Source: a virus
Lineage: Duplodnaviria > Caudoviricetes
IMG/VR virus record: IMGVR_UViG_3300013121_000046
Direction: 5' to 3' (one strand)
DNA length: 64,000 nt
Part shown: positions 35,847 through 45,329 of the stretch, piece by piece
How the letters are laid out: each line of letters opens with the position of its first letter
Position numbering within the stretch: position 1 is the first letter of the stretch
Notes under the pieces: generated by a model
Told to the model about the DNA's origin: nothing
Seen by the model: the letters and a program-made list of their open reading frames with translations, nothing else
Database searches by the model: none
Program-made: the position numbers and the translations under genes

Positions 35847-37928
35847 CTACACAGGGCTAAACGCTAAGGTACTAGGAATATTGGCCACCGGTACAATAAT
35901 GTCGCTAAATCCTGGTATAGACAGCACAGCCGTGATTCGATTTACCCTATTAAAAGGTATCCCTGTACCTGATAGCTTATCCAGAGCATAGCTAATAACT
36001 GGCACAGTTGTTTTCCCAGCAGAGTCTACGGTGAAAGGGTAAGTTTCCAGGTCCTGGAAAGCCCCTGGCCCAGCCGAAAACCGGATCGTTCCAGATTTGC
36101 CTGCTACATTAGTAGAGCAGGTTAGAGTTTTACTGGTACCTATTTTAATACTCCTTGGAGAATCCCTCAGATTTTCAGCCGTTATGGTACCCAGATCAAA
36201 GGTAACTCCGGAGGTAGAAATCGTATCCAGAATAGTAATGACCTCCTTCACTCCCCAGTAACCGGTATACACCGAAACCTTACGGTAGCTATCGTCAGAA
36301 AACATAATCTTCGATGCTACCACAGTCACAATTTCCCGCCACCGATCTCGAACAATCTGAGAGTCCGGGAAGTTATTATTTATCCAAGTTACCGCTGCCC
36401 CGGACCACTGGGCAAACGCTGGCTGTGCCCCCAACCAATCACACTGATTCCCGACTAACGGGGTAAGTTGATAACAGCAGCTATCCCCCCCAGAGATACT
36501 AATAATCACGTTATTAGAGATAAACTTATTGCTATTAATCAGGTCTGTAGCCCCAATGTTGTTACCGGGCTTACCCTGATCCTCAAGAGTGATGGCATTA
36601 GCCCGCTGATCGTGTGTAGTATCTCCCGAAAGAATACTATATGAAGTATTCTCAGTAATAGTGTTCTGAAATTCGTAGTTCCCAAAGTATAACCCCGAAG
36701 CAGAACACCTATCACCACCCCCTAGGGCGAGGATAGTATTCCCTTTCACCAAGTTGTTTTTACACTCATACCGCATTCGGATCCCGGCAGCGTTCAACCC
36801 CCAACCATACTCCTCATTAGGAGAATCCCAAGCGAGGATCACATTCGATAATACCTTATTACCCTCCCCGGCATTCAACATAATCCCTCTACCATTCAGT
36901 GGGACTATCAAATTGTTCTGGAAGGTACTGCCATTTGACCTATACTCACCGATTCCATAACCATTTGTCGCATACGAATTATGCGAGATAAAGTTATACT
37001 CCACGCGACAGTTCTCTACCACATTTACTGCTAGATTCCCACCAATCAAAATATTATGATGGACATATGAGCCTCCACCAACATTTAATGATCCTGGTTG
37101 TGTGTGTCGATCTGCGGTTGCTGTACACAAATTATTGACAAACGAATTACTTACCGTAGAAGAACCCCAACGGAAAAATACACCACTCGAATCCGTACCA
37201 GAAACCTCCAACCTACAATTGTCTATAACAGCCTCATTACCACGGTAACCATAGATCGCATGGCATTTGTAGGGTTGGGCTCCCTTCGGGCCAGCATACA
37301 CAATCGCACCATTGATAATCTTAGCCCGAAAAGCCTCTGAAGAATCGGATATAGCATCTCGGTCTGAATCTGCCCAGTTCAAGTATAGGTGGATTCCATG
37401 TGCCTCACTAGTACTATTCACACCGTAGAAAATGGCATAACCATTCAGATCAATAGTCACATCCGGTCCCGCAATATAAATACCATCTCTGTCAAAACTC
37501 AAATTCTCTTGTAAAACATACTTTCCAGACCGGACAACAATGGGCTCTGATTTTCTCGCCCCGGGCCCTGGTAAGGGTGGTGGGGGTGAAATCGGGCTGG
37601 GGGGAGGCGAGACCGGTACGGGGGGCGGAGGAGGTGGAGATATCGGGGGAGGTGGAGATATCGGAGGAGGTGGAGATATCGGGGGAGGTGGAGATATCGG
37701 GGGAGGTGGAATCTCTAGCACAGCCACACGCTCTGCTAAACTTTTCAACTCTAACTCTAACTTAGCTACCTGCGAACTGAGGACAGTAAACAAATCCTTA
37801 GTCGCTCGATCATTCACATCAACCTGACTCAAGAGACCCGATACAGATCCTTGAAGAGCCTGTAAAGATTCCCCTAAGCTCTTAGTCTGCTTCTCAAGAC
37901 TAGTTAATCGTTGAGCTACCGTAGCCAT
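35847..37928 (-). CDS. tailspike/depolymerase-like right-handed beta-helix protein with coiled coil and Pro-rich linker
   Basis: N-term coiled coil, (PPPPIS)n linker, SGKYVLQENL..DGIYI.G.DVTIDLNGY pectate-lyase-like start, Asn/Ile ladder repeats. Confidence 0.8.
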   Translation of the reverse strand: MATVAQRLTSLEKQTKSLGESLQALQGSVSGLLSQVDVNDRATKDLFTVLSSQVAKLELELKSLAERVAVLEIPPPPISPPPPISPPPPISPPPPISPPPPPPVPVSPPPSPISPPPPLPGPGARKSEPIVVRSGKYVLQENLSFDRDGIYIAGPDVTIDLNGYAIFYGVNSTSEAHGIHLYLNWADSDRDAISDSSEAFRAKIINGAIVYAGPKGAQPYKCHAIYGYRGNEAVIDNCRLEVSGTDSSGVFFRWGSSTVSNSFVNNLCTATADRHTQPGSLNVGGGSYVHHNILIGGNLAVNVVENCRVEYNFISHNSYATNGYGIGEYRSNGSTFQNNLIVPLNGRGIMLNAGEGNKVLSNVILAWDSPNEEYGWGLNAAGIRMRYECKNNLVKGNTILALGGGDRCSASGLYFGNYEFQNTITENTSYSILSGDTTHDQRANAITLEDQGKPGNNIGATDLINSNKFISNNVIISISGGDSCCYQLTPLVGNQCDWLGAQPAFAQWSGAAVTWINNNFPDSQIVRDRWREIVTVVASKIMFSDDSYRKVSVYTGYWGVKEVITILDTISTSGVTFDLGTITAENLRDSPRSIKIGTSKTLTCSTNVAGKSGTIRFSAGPGAFQDLETYPFTVDSAGKTTVPVISYALDKLSGTGIPFNRVNRITAVLSIPGFSDIIVPVANIPSTLAFSPV
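37630..37710. repeat. 18-bp tandem repeat x4.5 (Pro-rich linker)
   Basis: GGAGGTGGAGATATCGG(G/A). Confidence 0.9.
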
Positions 37929-37936
37929 AGTATATC

Positions 37937-38833
37937 CTAAATTTCATTGTTTATAACGATAACAGTATCATTTTTAGCTATATCTTGACCCAACAAGTAT
38001 TTCTCAAGCATGGAACCTAACATAATATTAAGTTGCTTATAAGCCCCACTACTCAACCACATCTTGGCATATCTAACACCAGCTATTTCTTGTAGCTCTA
38101 CAAACATATCTCTCAAGACAACTCCAGTTACAGTATTCCTGTGAATAACTAATTTTATTGAGGAAAGAGACAGGGTGAAATTAGTGTCTCCAGAATCCTG
38201 AGTAATATCATGCCCACTGTTTAAGTGTACCAAACCCTGGAATCTACCATGCACTTGCCCTTCCCAAAGCCTTCCGGGTCTTCCTAAAGCATCCAATAGA
38301 CTTTTCTGTATATAACCATCCCCCAGATAAAATTTACCCGATATATCAAAACCTAGGACTTTAACCTGAGCAGAACTATCAAAAGTTATTGGGTCAGACC
38401 CTTCTTCTCCAGGTTCTAAACCCCGTAACCCTAGAGAAACCCCTAAAACAGCCCCGGTACTATCGAGAGTAAGACCATCTACAAACTTAAAGTTTTTAAC
38501 AGTCCAATTCCCCCAACGATCATTAGTAATCCTCAATCCTGGGACAATGGCCTCCATCCAAGTTTTCGTTAATGGTGTATACCAGCCATTTGCCTCAAGA
38601 ATATACCTGTTGTTAGGCGTAATGGTAACAATGTCCGTAGCGTGCAACTGAAACACCATATTGCCGTCATCAAGCCTGAGTAGGCCATTAGTACCTAAAG
38701 GCTTACCCCGTTCTTTATTGCGAGCAGTTTTCCACAAAGCTTGGGCCTTTGACCAATTAAAAGGCCCAAGAGCCCGAACTGGGCCCCCATGCCAAGCTAA
38801 GCGTAAACTAGTATCTTCTGTAGCTCTAGGCAT
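37937..38833 (-). CDS. hypothetical phage protein
   Basis: LHATDIV...GWYTPLTK-type N-terminal domain. Confidence 0.7.
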   Translation of the reverse strand: MPRATEDTSLRLAWHGGPVRALGPFNWSKAQALWKTARNKERGKPLGTNGLLRLDDGNMVFQLHATDIVTITPNNRYILEANGWYTPLTKTWMEAIVPGLRITNDRWGNWTVKNFKFVDGLTLDSTGAVLGVSLGLRGLEPGEEGSDPITFDSSAQVKVLGFDISGKFYLGDGYIQKSLLDALGRPGRLWEGQVHGRFQGLVHLNSGHDITQDSGDTNFTLSLSSIKLVIHRNTVTGVVLRDMFVELQEIAGVRYAKMWLSSGAYKQLNIMLGSMLEKYLLGQDIAKNDTVIVINNEI

Positions 38834-39350
38834 TTTTAATCTTTCTATACGCTGCCCAAGTATCGCACCACTTAGTCCCCCACTCTGTTCCGGCCTCTAA
38901 ACAATCTACTTCAGCTATGTCCGAACAAAACTGAGGAAAACACCGCATTCCATCAGATAAGAATCGCCAGCAATCAATTGGGTGCTTATGTTCAGGTCCA
39001 CTGGCCGGTACTGTGATGAAAATAAGACCTTCGGGCTTAACAACACGAACCATCTCCCGCCAAACAGCCCAAGGATTCTCTGTGTGCTCTAACGTCTGAC
39101 CGGATATGACCAAGGAATAGGAGTCTGACGGTATCTCCAACCATCGAATAGGATTACCAACTACTAGGTCCACATTGGGTCCAGATCGCACATCGAGGCC
39201 CGTATAAGACCAATTATCAGTCTCAAATTCAGGTCTATGACAACCGTTAACCGAAAATGAACCTACATCAAGGATTCTTAGAGGAGTATCCCGACTAAGA
39301 TACTCATCCCGCATCTTAGTCATCTTTGCTAAAGCTGCTGCGTGCATCAT
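38826..39350 (-). CDS. class I SAM-dependent methyltransferase
   Basis: ILDVGS, YTGLD..GPNVD, SGQTLEH, RVVKPEG, HKHPIDCWRF. Confidence 0.9.
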   Translation of the reverse strand: MMHAAALAKMTKMRDEYLSRDTPLRILDVGSFSVNGCHRPEFETDNWSYTGLDVRSGPNVDLVVGNPIRWLEIPSDSYSLVISGQTLEHTENPWAVWREMVRVVKPEGLIFITVPASGPEHKHPIDCWRFLSDGMRCFPQFCSDIAEVDCLEAGTEWGTKWCDTWAAYRKIKNA

Positions 39351-40015
39351 CCCCCCCATTTTTTCTTATAATAGGCTAAGGATCTCTCATTACGATCCGA
39401 ACTATCTGGAAGTGTCCCAGCCGTTGAGTGAATAAAGTGATGGACAATTGCATTAGTAATTCTTTTTGCTGGATGACCTAACTGACTCAACCTATTTCCA
39501 TAGTCATACTCAGAGAACCACAGGTCAAAATTTTCGTCATATCCACCAACAGTTTCCCAGGCAACTCGACTAAGCATAAAGCAACACCCGAGAATACCCC
39601 CTTCAGCATATTCTTGCGGCTTTTCTGATACTTCTTTTGCTAGCAAGTCCCAATTAGGCGGTGGGACCCAATCTGAAACCTGGGGGCTAACACACCATAG
39701 TTCGGAGTCAGCCTTCATCGCCGCTAACAGGTTATCCATAGCCCGATAACCAACCAAAATATCATTATTAACACAGACTACATAGGGAGTATCCGTCGAG
39801 TTTATACCAATATTAATACTTTCATTGATATTAGCGGTTTCCCGGGTAATCACTCTAGCCGGATGATCCGGAAGTTCTGTGTACGGATCATCTGAGGGGT
39901 TTTCTACAATCACTAAGTCATACTCACAAGCTGTTGAAGCTTTTAGGGTTCGCATCATTTGATGCGTTAAGCTTGTTTTCCCCCGCATTAACGTAACTAC
40001 AGAGAGTTCTGCCAT
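39347..40015 (-). CDS. GT2 family glycosyltransferase
   Basis: IVENPSDD, NIGI, VNND, GCCFM, VGGYDENF, EYDY, HH. Confidence 0.88.
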   Translation of the reverse strand: MAELSVVTLMRGKTSLTHQMMRTLKASTACEYDLVIVENPSDDPYTELPDHPARVITRETANINESINIGINSTDTPYVVCVNNDILVGYRAMDNLLAAMKADSELWCVSPQVSDWVPPPNWDLLAKEVSEKPQEYAEGGILGCCFMLSRVAWETVGGYDENFDLWFSEYDYGNRLSQLGHPAKRITNAIVHHFIHSTAGTLPDSSDRNERSLAYYKKKWGG

Positions 40016-40740
40016 TGCATATGTCCCCACTTCTCAGGTACTGTGCTCATTGAACCCCGCATACTAAACATTTTTTGATACTCCTCTCGCATTACAATCT
40101 GTAACGGAGATCTTACTGCCTGATCTACCATAATATTTTCTGAATCCGTACTCCCAAAAAAATTAAGATTTGCTTGATAGGAACTATACCGCCCAGTTTT
40201 TTCCCTCCATACCCTATGTTGCAGATGCGGAGCATCCGAATAACAATAAGGCACAGTTTTAGGAACCACTCTTAAACGATTTTGAGGTAAAGCATAACCT
40301 TCCTCAGGCCAACTAGCGAACATTTGATCCTCATAGGGGTACCGTACAATTCCAACCCTATCTTTATGACTCATCAAGAAAGATACTTCCTCGAAAAGCC
40401 CTGTAATAGAGCCTACTGGAAAATAGTCATCCTGGATATAAAAAACCACATCGGCCAATTTATAAGACTGGTCCAGGGCAAAGTTCAGGTGATTTCCTAA
40501 ATGCGCCGGAGCTTTATGCTCAATTACTGTGTAACCGAAATCCCTCGCTAAAGCAGCCACCGGAGCAAACCTCTCAACAGTCTCCCCTTGAGTCTCAATG
40601 GAAAGTAACCTGTGGACTCTTAAATCAGTAAAATCAACCCGATCCTTGACCGTCTTAAAATTATTTTCAAGGTACTCCTTCCGCTCAGGAAAACGACCCC
40701 AATAAGTGGTGAGAAGAACCAAGTCCAGAGGGGAATTCAT
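39997..40740 (-). CDS. GT-A fold glycosyltransferase-like protein
   Basis: LTTY..R...L, LG.HLN.AL, FYIQDDY, SDAPHL. Confidence 0.7.
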   Translation of the reverse strand: MNSPLDLVLLTTYWGRFPERKEYLENNFKTVKDRVDFTDLRVHRLLSIETQGETVERFAPVAALARDFGYTVIEHKAPAHLGNHLNFALDQSYKLADVVFYIQDDYFPVGSITGLFEEVSFLMSHKDRVGIVRYPYEDQMFASWPEEGYALPQNRLRVVPKTVPYCYSDAPHLQHRVWREKTGRYSSYQANLNFFGSTDSENIMVDQAVRSPLQIVMREEYQKMFSMRGSMSTVPEKWGHMQWQNSL

Positions 40741-40751
40741 GCTAACCCCAT

Positions 40752-40787
40752 AAAAAAACCCCAGGAGAGTGAGTCACTCTCCTGGGG
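40752..40787 (-). terminator. intrinsic terminator
   Basis: CCCCAGGAGAGTGA/TCACTCTCCTGGGG plus T7 on minus strand. Confidence 0.85.
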
Positions 40788-40825
40788 AAACGGATTAAAC
40801 TAGACCCCTCACGGGGCTACAACAT

Positions 40826-41269
40826 CTATGGCGAAGGGGCGGGGCCTATATCTGAAGTCCAAGGTGGGCACGGCTCTTCGCCGGCTGCCTTGAAACAATT
40901 TATCCCCAAAGTCACCCAATAGACTTCCCGAGCCTCCGGAGGAAGCCCCAGGGAAATAGGGTAAAGATTATGGTTAAAAGCATTTGCTGAAGCCATTTGA
41001 GCCCGCATTACCTCTTGCGTAAACTCTATGGGGGAGGAAAAAAGTTTAGCTACATTCTGTGGCAAGCTAAGGAAACCCCCTATAATCTGGTGATCTTCAC
41101 CCTCTGTTGGGGGGGATAAACCTATCTTGCCAGAAGATTTTTCAGCTAAAAACTTAGCCAAATCTTTAGCTGAACCCGACTTTTTCTCAGGTGCCGGAGC
41201 ATCAGTAACCAAGGAGAGGTCAGCTAGAGTCTTTCGAGCAGCCTGAATCTGCAACTCCAGATTCTCCAA
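40826..41269 (-). CDS. hypothetical protein
   Basis: 147-aa ORF; frame stays open upstream to 41338, true start uncertain. Confidence 0.65.
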   Translation of the reverse strand: MENLELQIQAARKTLADLSLVTDAPAPEKKSGSAKDLAKFLAEKSSGKIGLSPPTEGEDHQIIGGFLSLPQNVAKLFSSPIEFTQEVMRAQMASANAFNHNLYPISLGLPPEAREVYWVTLGINCFKAAGEEPCPPWTSDIGPAPSP

Positions 41270-41338
41270 CAGTTGCTTTTTAAGACTTAACTCTTGATAC
41301 AGCAGATCTTTTGGAACACTAATGGTACAACCCCCCCT

Positions 41339-41629
41339 TTATTCCTCGTCAGCGAAGTCATCTCCGCTATCTTCCCAATCATCCTCATCTTCTTCGTCTA
41401 ACCAATCCCCGTCTTCATCTTCCTCATCATCCCAATCCTCTTCTTCGTCATCCCAATCTTCGTCGTCCCCATCCTCATCCTCGTCTTCACCATCCCCGGC
41501 TTCGTCTTCCTCATCTTCATCCGCACCCTGATTCCACATATTTGGAAAACCCGGAATAGTTGTATCCGAGTTTTCCAAAGTCGCTGAATCAGAAAGAACT
41601 ACTTGAAAATCAGTAAAAATCACAGACAT
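41339..41629 (-). CDS. highly acidic small protein
   Basis: C-terminal ~60 aa almost only D/E punctuated by W; AGGAGG RBS. Confidence 0.75.
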   Translation of the reverse strand: MSVIFTDFQVVLSDSATLENSDTTIPGFPNMWNQGADEDEEDEAGDGEDEDEDGDDEDWDDEEEDWDDEEDEDGDWLDEEDEDDWEDSGDDFADEE

Positions 41630-41654
41630 AGAACCCTCCTAGGTTTAATCTACC

Positions 41655-41855
41655 TCAAGATTGATGAACCACTTCTGGGTGCGCTAAAACTTTCTCAACC
41701 AACTTACCCAACTCTGATCGACTCAAAATCACATGGGCTACATACCCCTGACTCTCCGTAGTCAACACCGCTCCGCGAGGATTTAACGAAAAGAAAAAAT
41801 CCCCGGAAATAACACGTTGCCTACCTGTATCCATAGACTTCTGAATTACACGCAC
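41655..41855 (-). CDS. hypothetical protein
   Basis: 66 aa, AGGAG RBS. Confidence 0.6.
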   Translation of the reverse strand: MRVIQKSMDTGRQRVISGDFFFSLNPRGAVLTTESQGYVAHVILSRSELGKLVEKVLAHPEVVHQS

Positions 41856-41869
41856 AAAACACTCCTGTC

Positions 41870-42625
41870 TTAAAGTAAAATCCCAAAGTTAACTCCAGTA
41901 TCCTCCAAAGGGGGCTTCCGATACCGATTATCACAAGCTTGCTGAAACTCACACTGAGAACATACCCCGGAAGCGGGGGTAGCCTCCCTATTGCCCAAAC
42001 TCCAAGCTGCTAGTACCTGGGGTATTGTACCCCAAAATCCAGAAGCCATAGCTTTTTCGTGGGTGATAAATCGAACATCCCCCGTCCGCACCCAGAAATA
42101 CCCACCCCGACAGGGGGTGGAATTAACCAAGCCTAACAAATACTGTAACTGGGTATTACCCCCAGGGCGAGGCCTTAATGACGTACGACAAAGCCATACG
42201 CTCACTCCGTCGTCCTCCTCCAGAACAAAATCGGCTGTTCCCGACAACCAGCAGCCCTCAACCTCTCGTTGATAGGTTGTAACCCCTCGATACTTCCGCT
42301 CAAGCAAAAACGATTGGAGATTCTTAATTCCAACTGCTACTTCTCCGACTAAAATAGAACTACTTAAAGAACAAATAGCTCCCGTGTAGGCCTTAGCTAA
42401 CACCAAACTCTGGTCAACCAAAACCTCCAATTCATTTGTCTTTACTGGAGTACATAAATCCTGATCTCGGGACTTCAACCACTCTTTCAGCAAAAAACGA
42501 TAAGCTAGATACTTCGCATCTGCTCCCCTAGAAGGTCGTACCTGTATTTTATTCTCAAACCTAAATTGATATTTTTTAGGGCAAGTTAAGTACTCTTCTA
42601 ATTGATCCCAATCTATTGAGGGCAT
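41870..42625 (-). CDS. PD-(D/E)XK Cas4/AddB-like nuclease homolog, catalytic motif degenerate
   Basis: YLTCPKKY, LSGTADFV, QLQY, C-x2-C-x5-C C-terminus; VWLCRT where D/E-x-K is expected. Confidence 0.75.
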   Translation of the reverse strand: MPSIDWDQLEEYLTCPKKYQFRFENKIQVRPSRGADAKYLAYRFLLKEWLKSRDQDLCTPVKTNELEVLVDQSLVLAKAYTGAICSLSSSILVGEVAVGIKNLQSFLLERKYRGVTTYQREVEGCWLSGTADFVLEEDDGVSVWLCRTSLRPRPGGNTQLQYLLGLVNSTPCRGGYFWVRTGDVRFITHEKAMASGFWGTIPQVLAAWSLGNREATPASGVCSQCEFQQACDNRYRKPPLEDTGVNFGILL

Positions 42626-43713
42626 TCAACCAACTCCCGCTCTATGCTAGGAAGCTCCGCCTCTGCCCTAAGTAAAAGCTTCTGTGTCATATCTAACACT
42701 TTTTGCGGTGTTGTTCCCTGCGACCTAAGATTACTAAGAATATCTTCCACGGAAACTACCTCAGAACTCATTTTTTTAAGTTCTGATACAAACCGTTCCT
42801 CACGCACTGTTGCCTCTTTTACTCTTCTATGTTCGGCCAAGTCAAAAACTTCCTCATACGGTTGATGAGGAAGTTTCACATTCAAAACCTCATGTACCCC
42901 GGATGAATGAAAGCAGCATAAAGACACTTTTGGTTCACGATTTATATCTACAGAGCCTAGAGTCCCTCTAATCATCGCTCCGGGCTCGGAAATATAGTGC
43001 GGACCATCCTCATCGTGAACACAAACAATCCCACCATCCCTATGGGGGTGCCCAGATACCACAATATCAACCCCAGTCCCCTTAACAACATTATGCCCAA
43101 CTACAGGGTCCGAACCCTGATATTCCCCCTCCTGAGGACCCCAAAAACAGTGAGTTAGGGCCAAAGCCTTGGTCGCCCCCGTTTCCTTTTTTAACCTACT
43201 TATCTCTTTAGTAACAGATAATACCTTAAACCAGTTTCCAGGCCCTTCCGAAGTATACTCCTTCCCTAATAATAAAACCTTCGGAGAATCCTTTGTTGGC
43301 CCTTGAATCACGGCATACTCAGGCCAATGGATAGTTTGGATAGTACCACTAGCCACTAAAATACCAAAGGGATGCGTCTCTAAATCTGAGATTCTATTAT
43401 ACTCCATATCGTGATTACCGGCGATAGCAAAAACAGGACAAGGAAATTCCCTTAACTTTTGGATCAAGAGTCTAGTCAAAGAGTGTGATACTGATTTACC
43501 CCTTGGATGATGGAACAAATCTCCCGCAATCAAAAGCCCTGCCACCGGAGTCTTTTCTGTAGCATCGGCTGGCCAACGAACACCCTCAGTTAACTTTCTA
43601 ACCGCTTCGATCTTAGCTAACTGAGTCTCTAAGAAGTCTCGATCTTTTCTGGAAGCGGGTTTACGATCCGAGAAATGTGGATCACAGATTGCTAATAAGT
43701 AGGTGCCAGACAT
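42613..43713 (-). CDS. sbcD: Mre11/SbcD-like DNA repair nuclease (gp47-like)
   Basis: DPH, AGDLFH, GNHD, TH, GHPH, PGA metallophosphoesterase motifs. Confidence 0.9.
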   Translation of the reverse strand: MSGTYLLAICDPHFSDRKPASRKDRDFLETQLAKIEAVRKLTEGVRWPADATEKTPVAGLLIAGDLFHHPRGKSVSHSLTRLLIQKLREFPCPVFAIAGNHDMEYNRISDLETHPFGILVASGTIQTIHWPEYAVIQGPTKDSPKVLLLGKEYTSEGPGNWFKVLSVTKEISRLKKETGATKALALTHCFWGPQEGEYQGSDPVVGHNVVKGTGVDIVVSGHPHRDGGIVCVHDEDGPHYISEPGAMIRGTLGSVDINREPKVSLCCFHSSGVHEVLNVKLPHQPYEEVFDLAEHRRVKEATVREERFVSELKKMSSEVVSVEDILSNLRSQGTTPQKVLDMTQKLLLRAEAELPSIERELVECPQ

Positions 43714-43724
43714 AAGAAATTCCC

Positions 43725-43979
43725 TTAAAGGGTCACACCCAATTCCGCCCGACGATCTAGGGAGGATATCATAAATCTTCTCTGATCTTTGCTCGTAACA
43801 GTCATTGCGGATAGTCCAATAGTCGTTAATACCTCGAAAGTCTTGCCCATATCTGGGTGTGCCATACCATCTTTAATTGCTTCTAACTTAGCCCAGACAG
43901 TCGAAGGTAAAGTCACAAACCTAGTATCCAGTTCCGCACTATCTGCTGATTCAGTCATTATTTTTTCCTTGTTTTCCAC
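43725..43979 (-). CDS. small hypothetical protein (RHH-like possible)
   Basis: TRFVTLP..VW.KLE. Confidence 0.5.
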   Translation of the reverse strand: MENKEKIMTESADSAELDTRFVTLPSTVWAKLEAIKDGMAHPDMGKTFEVLTTIGLSAMTVTSKDQRRFMISSLDRRAELGVTL

Positions 43980-45090
43980 AGACAGGGCAATACCCCAAAG
44001 TCTGGAGAGTTGCTCTAGTTTCTCTTTCCGTCTTTGCTAGATCTACTCGGGCTTCATCAGATTCCCGAAATAATTTTTCTTTTTCTTTCAGGATGCCCCT
44101 TCGCCTATCTCGTAACCGAGTGAGACAACTCAACCGGTTGGTGCTCAATTGGATAGTCGGTATTTCACACTTGGGCGAAGATAGCCCAGAAACCTTTCCC
44201 AGTCTATTAGAGATACCCTTTACCTTGAAGTACCGGCCTCCCACACCCAAGGGTGAAGGTACTGTCCATGTACTTACCTGAGCTTGTACTCTAAGACCTA
44301 CTTGCACCCTTAGGTATCTTTTTAGTATACTGACTCGCATCCAAGATCGGTCAAAATCTACCTTAGCCGGAACCCTCTGGGTCTTCACAGCCATAAGAAT
44401 TGTCTGACTACGCAGAGCCTCTCGCATTCTACCTTTGAGCACACGTAATTTTTCTAACCGATTTCTACTGACTTTAATCCTATCCCCCAATTCCTGGAGG
44501 GTCTTTAACCTCTCAGACAGACTGCCAGAAAAAGTCTGAAGAGCAGATAACCTAACTGTCACTGAATCCAGTTGTTCATTCAATACCCTTAACTCAACTT
44601 TTCTATCTCGCAAATCTTTCTGGCCTACTTTGACTGCGAGGGACACTTTCTGAGAAGCCTGTGTCGCAGCCAATAGCTCAGCCGTTACCGCAGGTGAATC
44701 CTCACCAAGAATGAACAAAGAGTCATGCTGCCTAGCAACTTGAGGATAGTACTTTTTACCTCCTACCGACAAACTTTGAATTCCCAAGGACTCAACTTCC
44801 CTTGGGATGGTCCTACCAATTTTTTCTATAGTTTTCCCATCCACATCATACTGCACCCCAGCCGAAGTTCTAGCCCACCGTACCTGTTTTCCCGGAACGG
44901 ATAGAACAACGTCAGCAAAAGACTCCCCCTTTTTAATACAGGAACTGCCCCCGGAATTTAATAGTGCAGATCGAATAGCTCTGAGAATTGCAGACTTACC
45001 TCGATTACTCTCCCCTGTAATCGCTGTGAATCCAGAAATATCTAATTCTGCGGATTCAATAGCCTGGTAATTTCTAATCTTAACTTTCAC
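43951..45090 (-). CDS. sbcC: Rad50/SbcC-like ATPase, N-terminal half only
   Basis: IRNYQAI, Walker A GESNRGKS, Q-loop ARQHD, coiled coil, ends at zinc hook CPVCG; no signature motif or Walker B. Confidence 0.85.
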   Translation of the reverse strand: MKVKIRNYQAIESAELDISGFTAITGESNRGKSAILRAIRSALLNSGGSSCIKKGESFADVVLSVPGKQVRWARTSAGVQYDVDGKTIEKIGRTIPREVESLGIQSLSVGGKKYYPQVARQHDSLFILGEDSPAVTAELLAATQASQKVSLAVKVGQKDLRDRKVELRVLNEQLDSVTVRLSALQTFSGSLSERLKTLQELGDRIKVSRNRLEKLRVLKGRMREALRSQTILMAVKTQRVPAKVDFDRSWMRVSILKRYLRVQVGLRVQAQVSTWTVPSPLGVGGRYFKVKGISNRLGKVSGLSSPKCEIPTIQLSTNRLSCLTRLRDRRRGILKEKEKLFRESDEARVDLAKTERETRATLQTLGYCPVCGKQGKNND

Positions 45091-45329
45091 TGGAAAGCTT
45101 CTCCGTAAATATACAACCTGCTTTTTTCATTGCAGTGTAAACCGAAAGAGCTACCGAAGTTCTATGTAACTCAACCTGCGTAACTATTCCTGACCATTCA
45201 TCCTGTGATACTGGGGGTAAACCACAAGAGGCTAATACTCGATCTATTACCCTCTTCGCCTCATCTCGATCCCCCGGGGTTTTAGCCACTACACCGTAGT
45301 GTAGAAGAATAATCTCTCTTCTTGTCAAG

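Noticed and set aside
41870-42625. CRISPR-associated Cas4 as part of a CRISPR system
   Set aside because: No array or other cas genes; context is the SbcCD recombination operon and the catalytic motif is degenerate.
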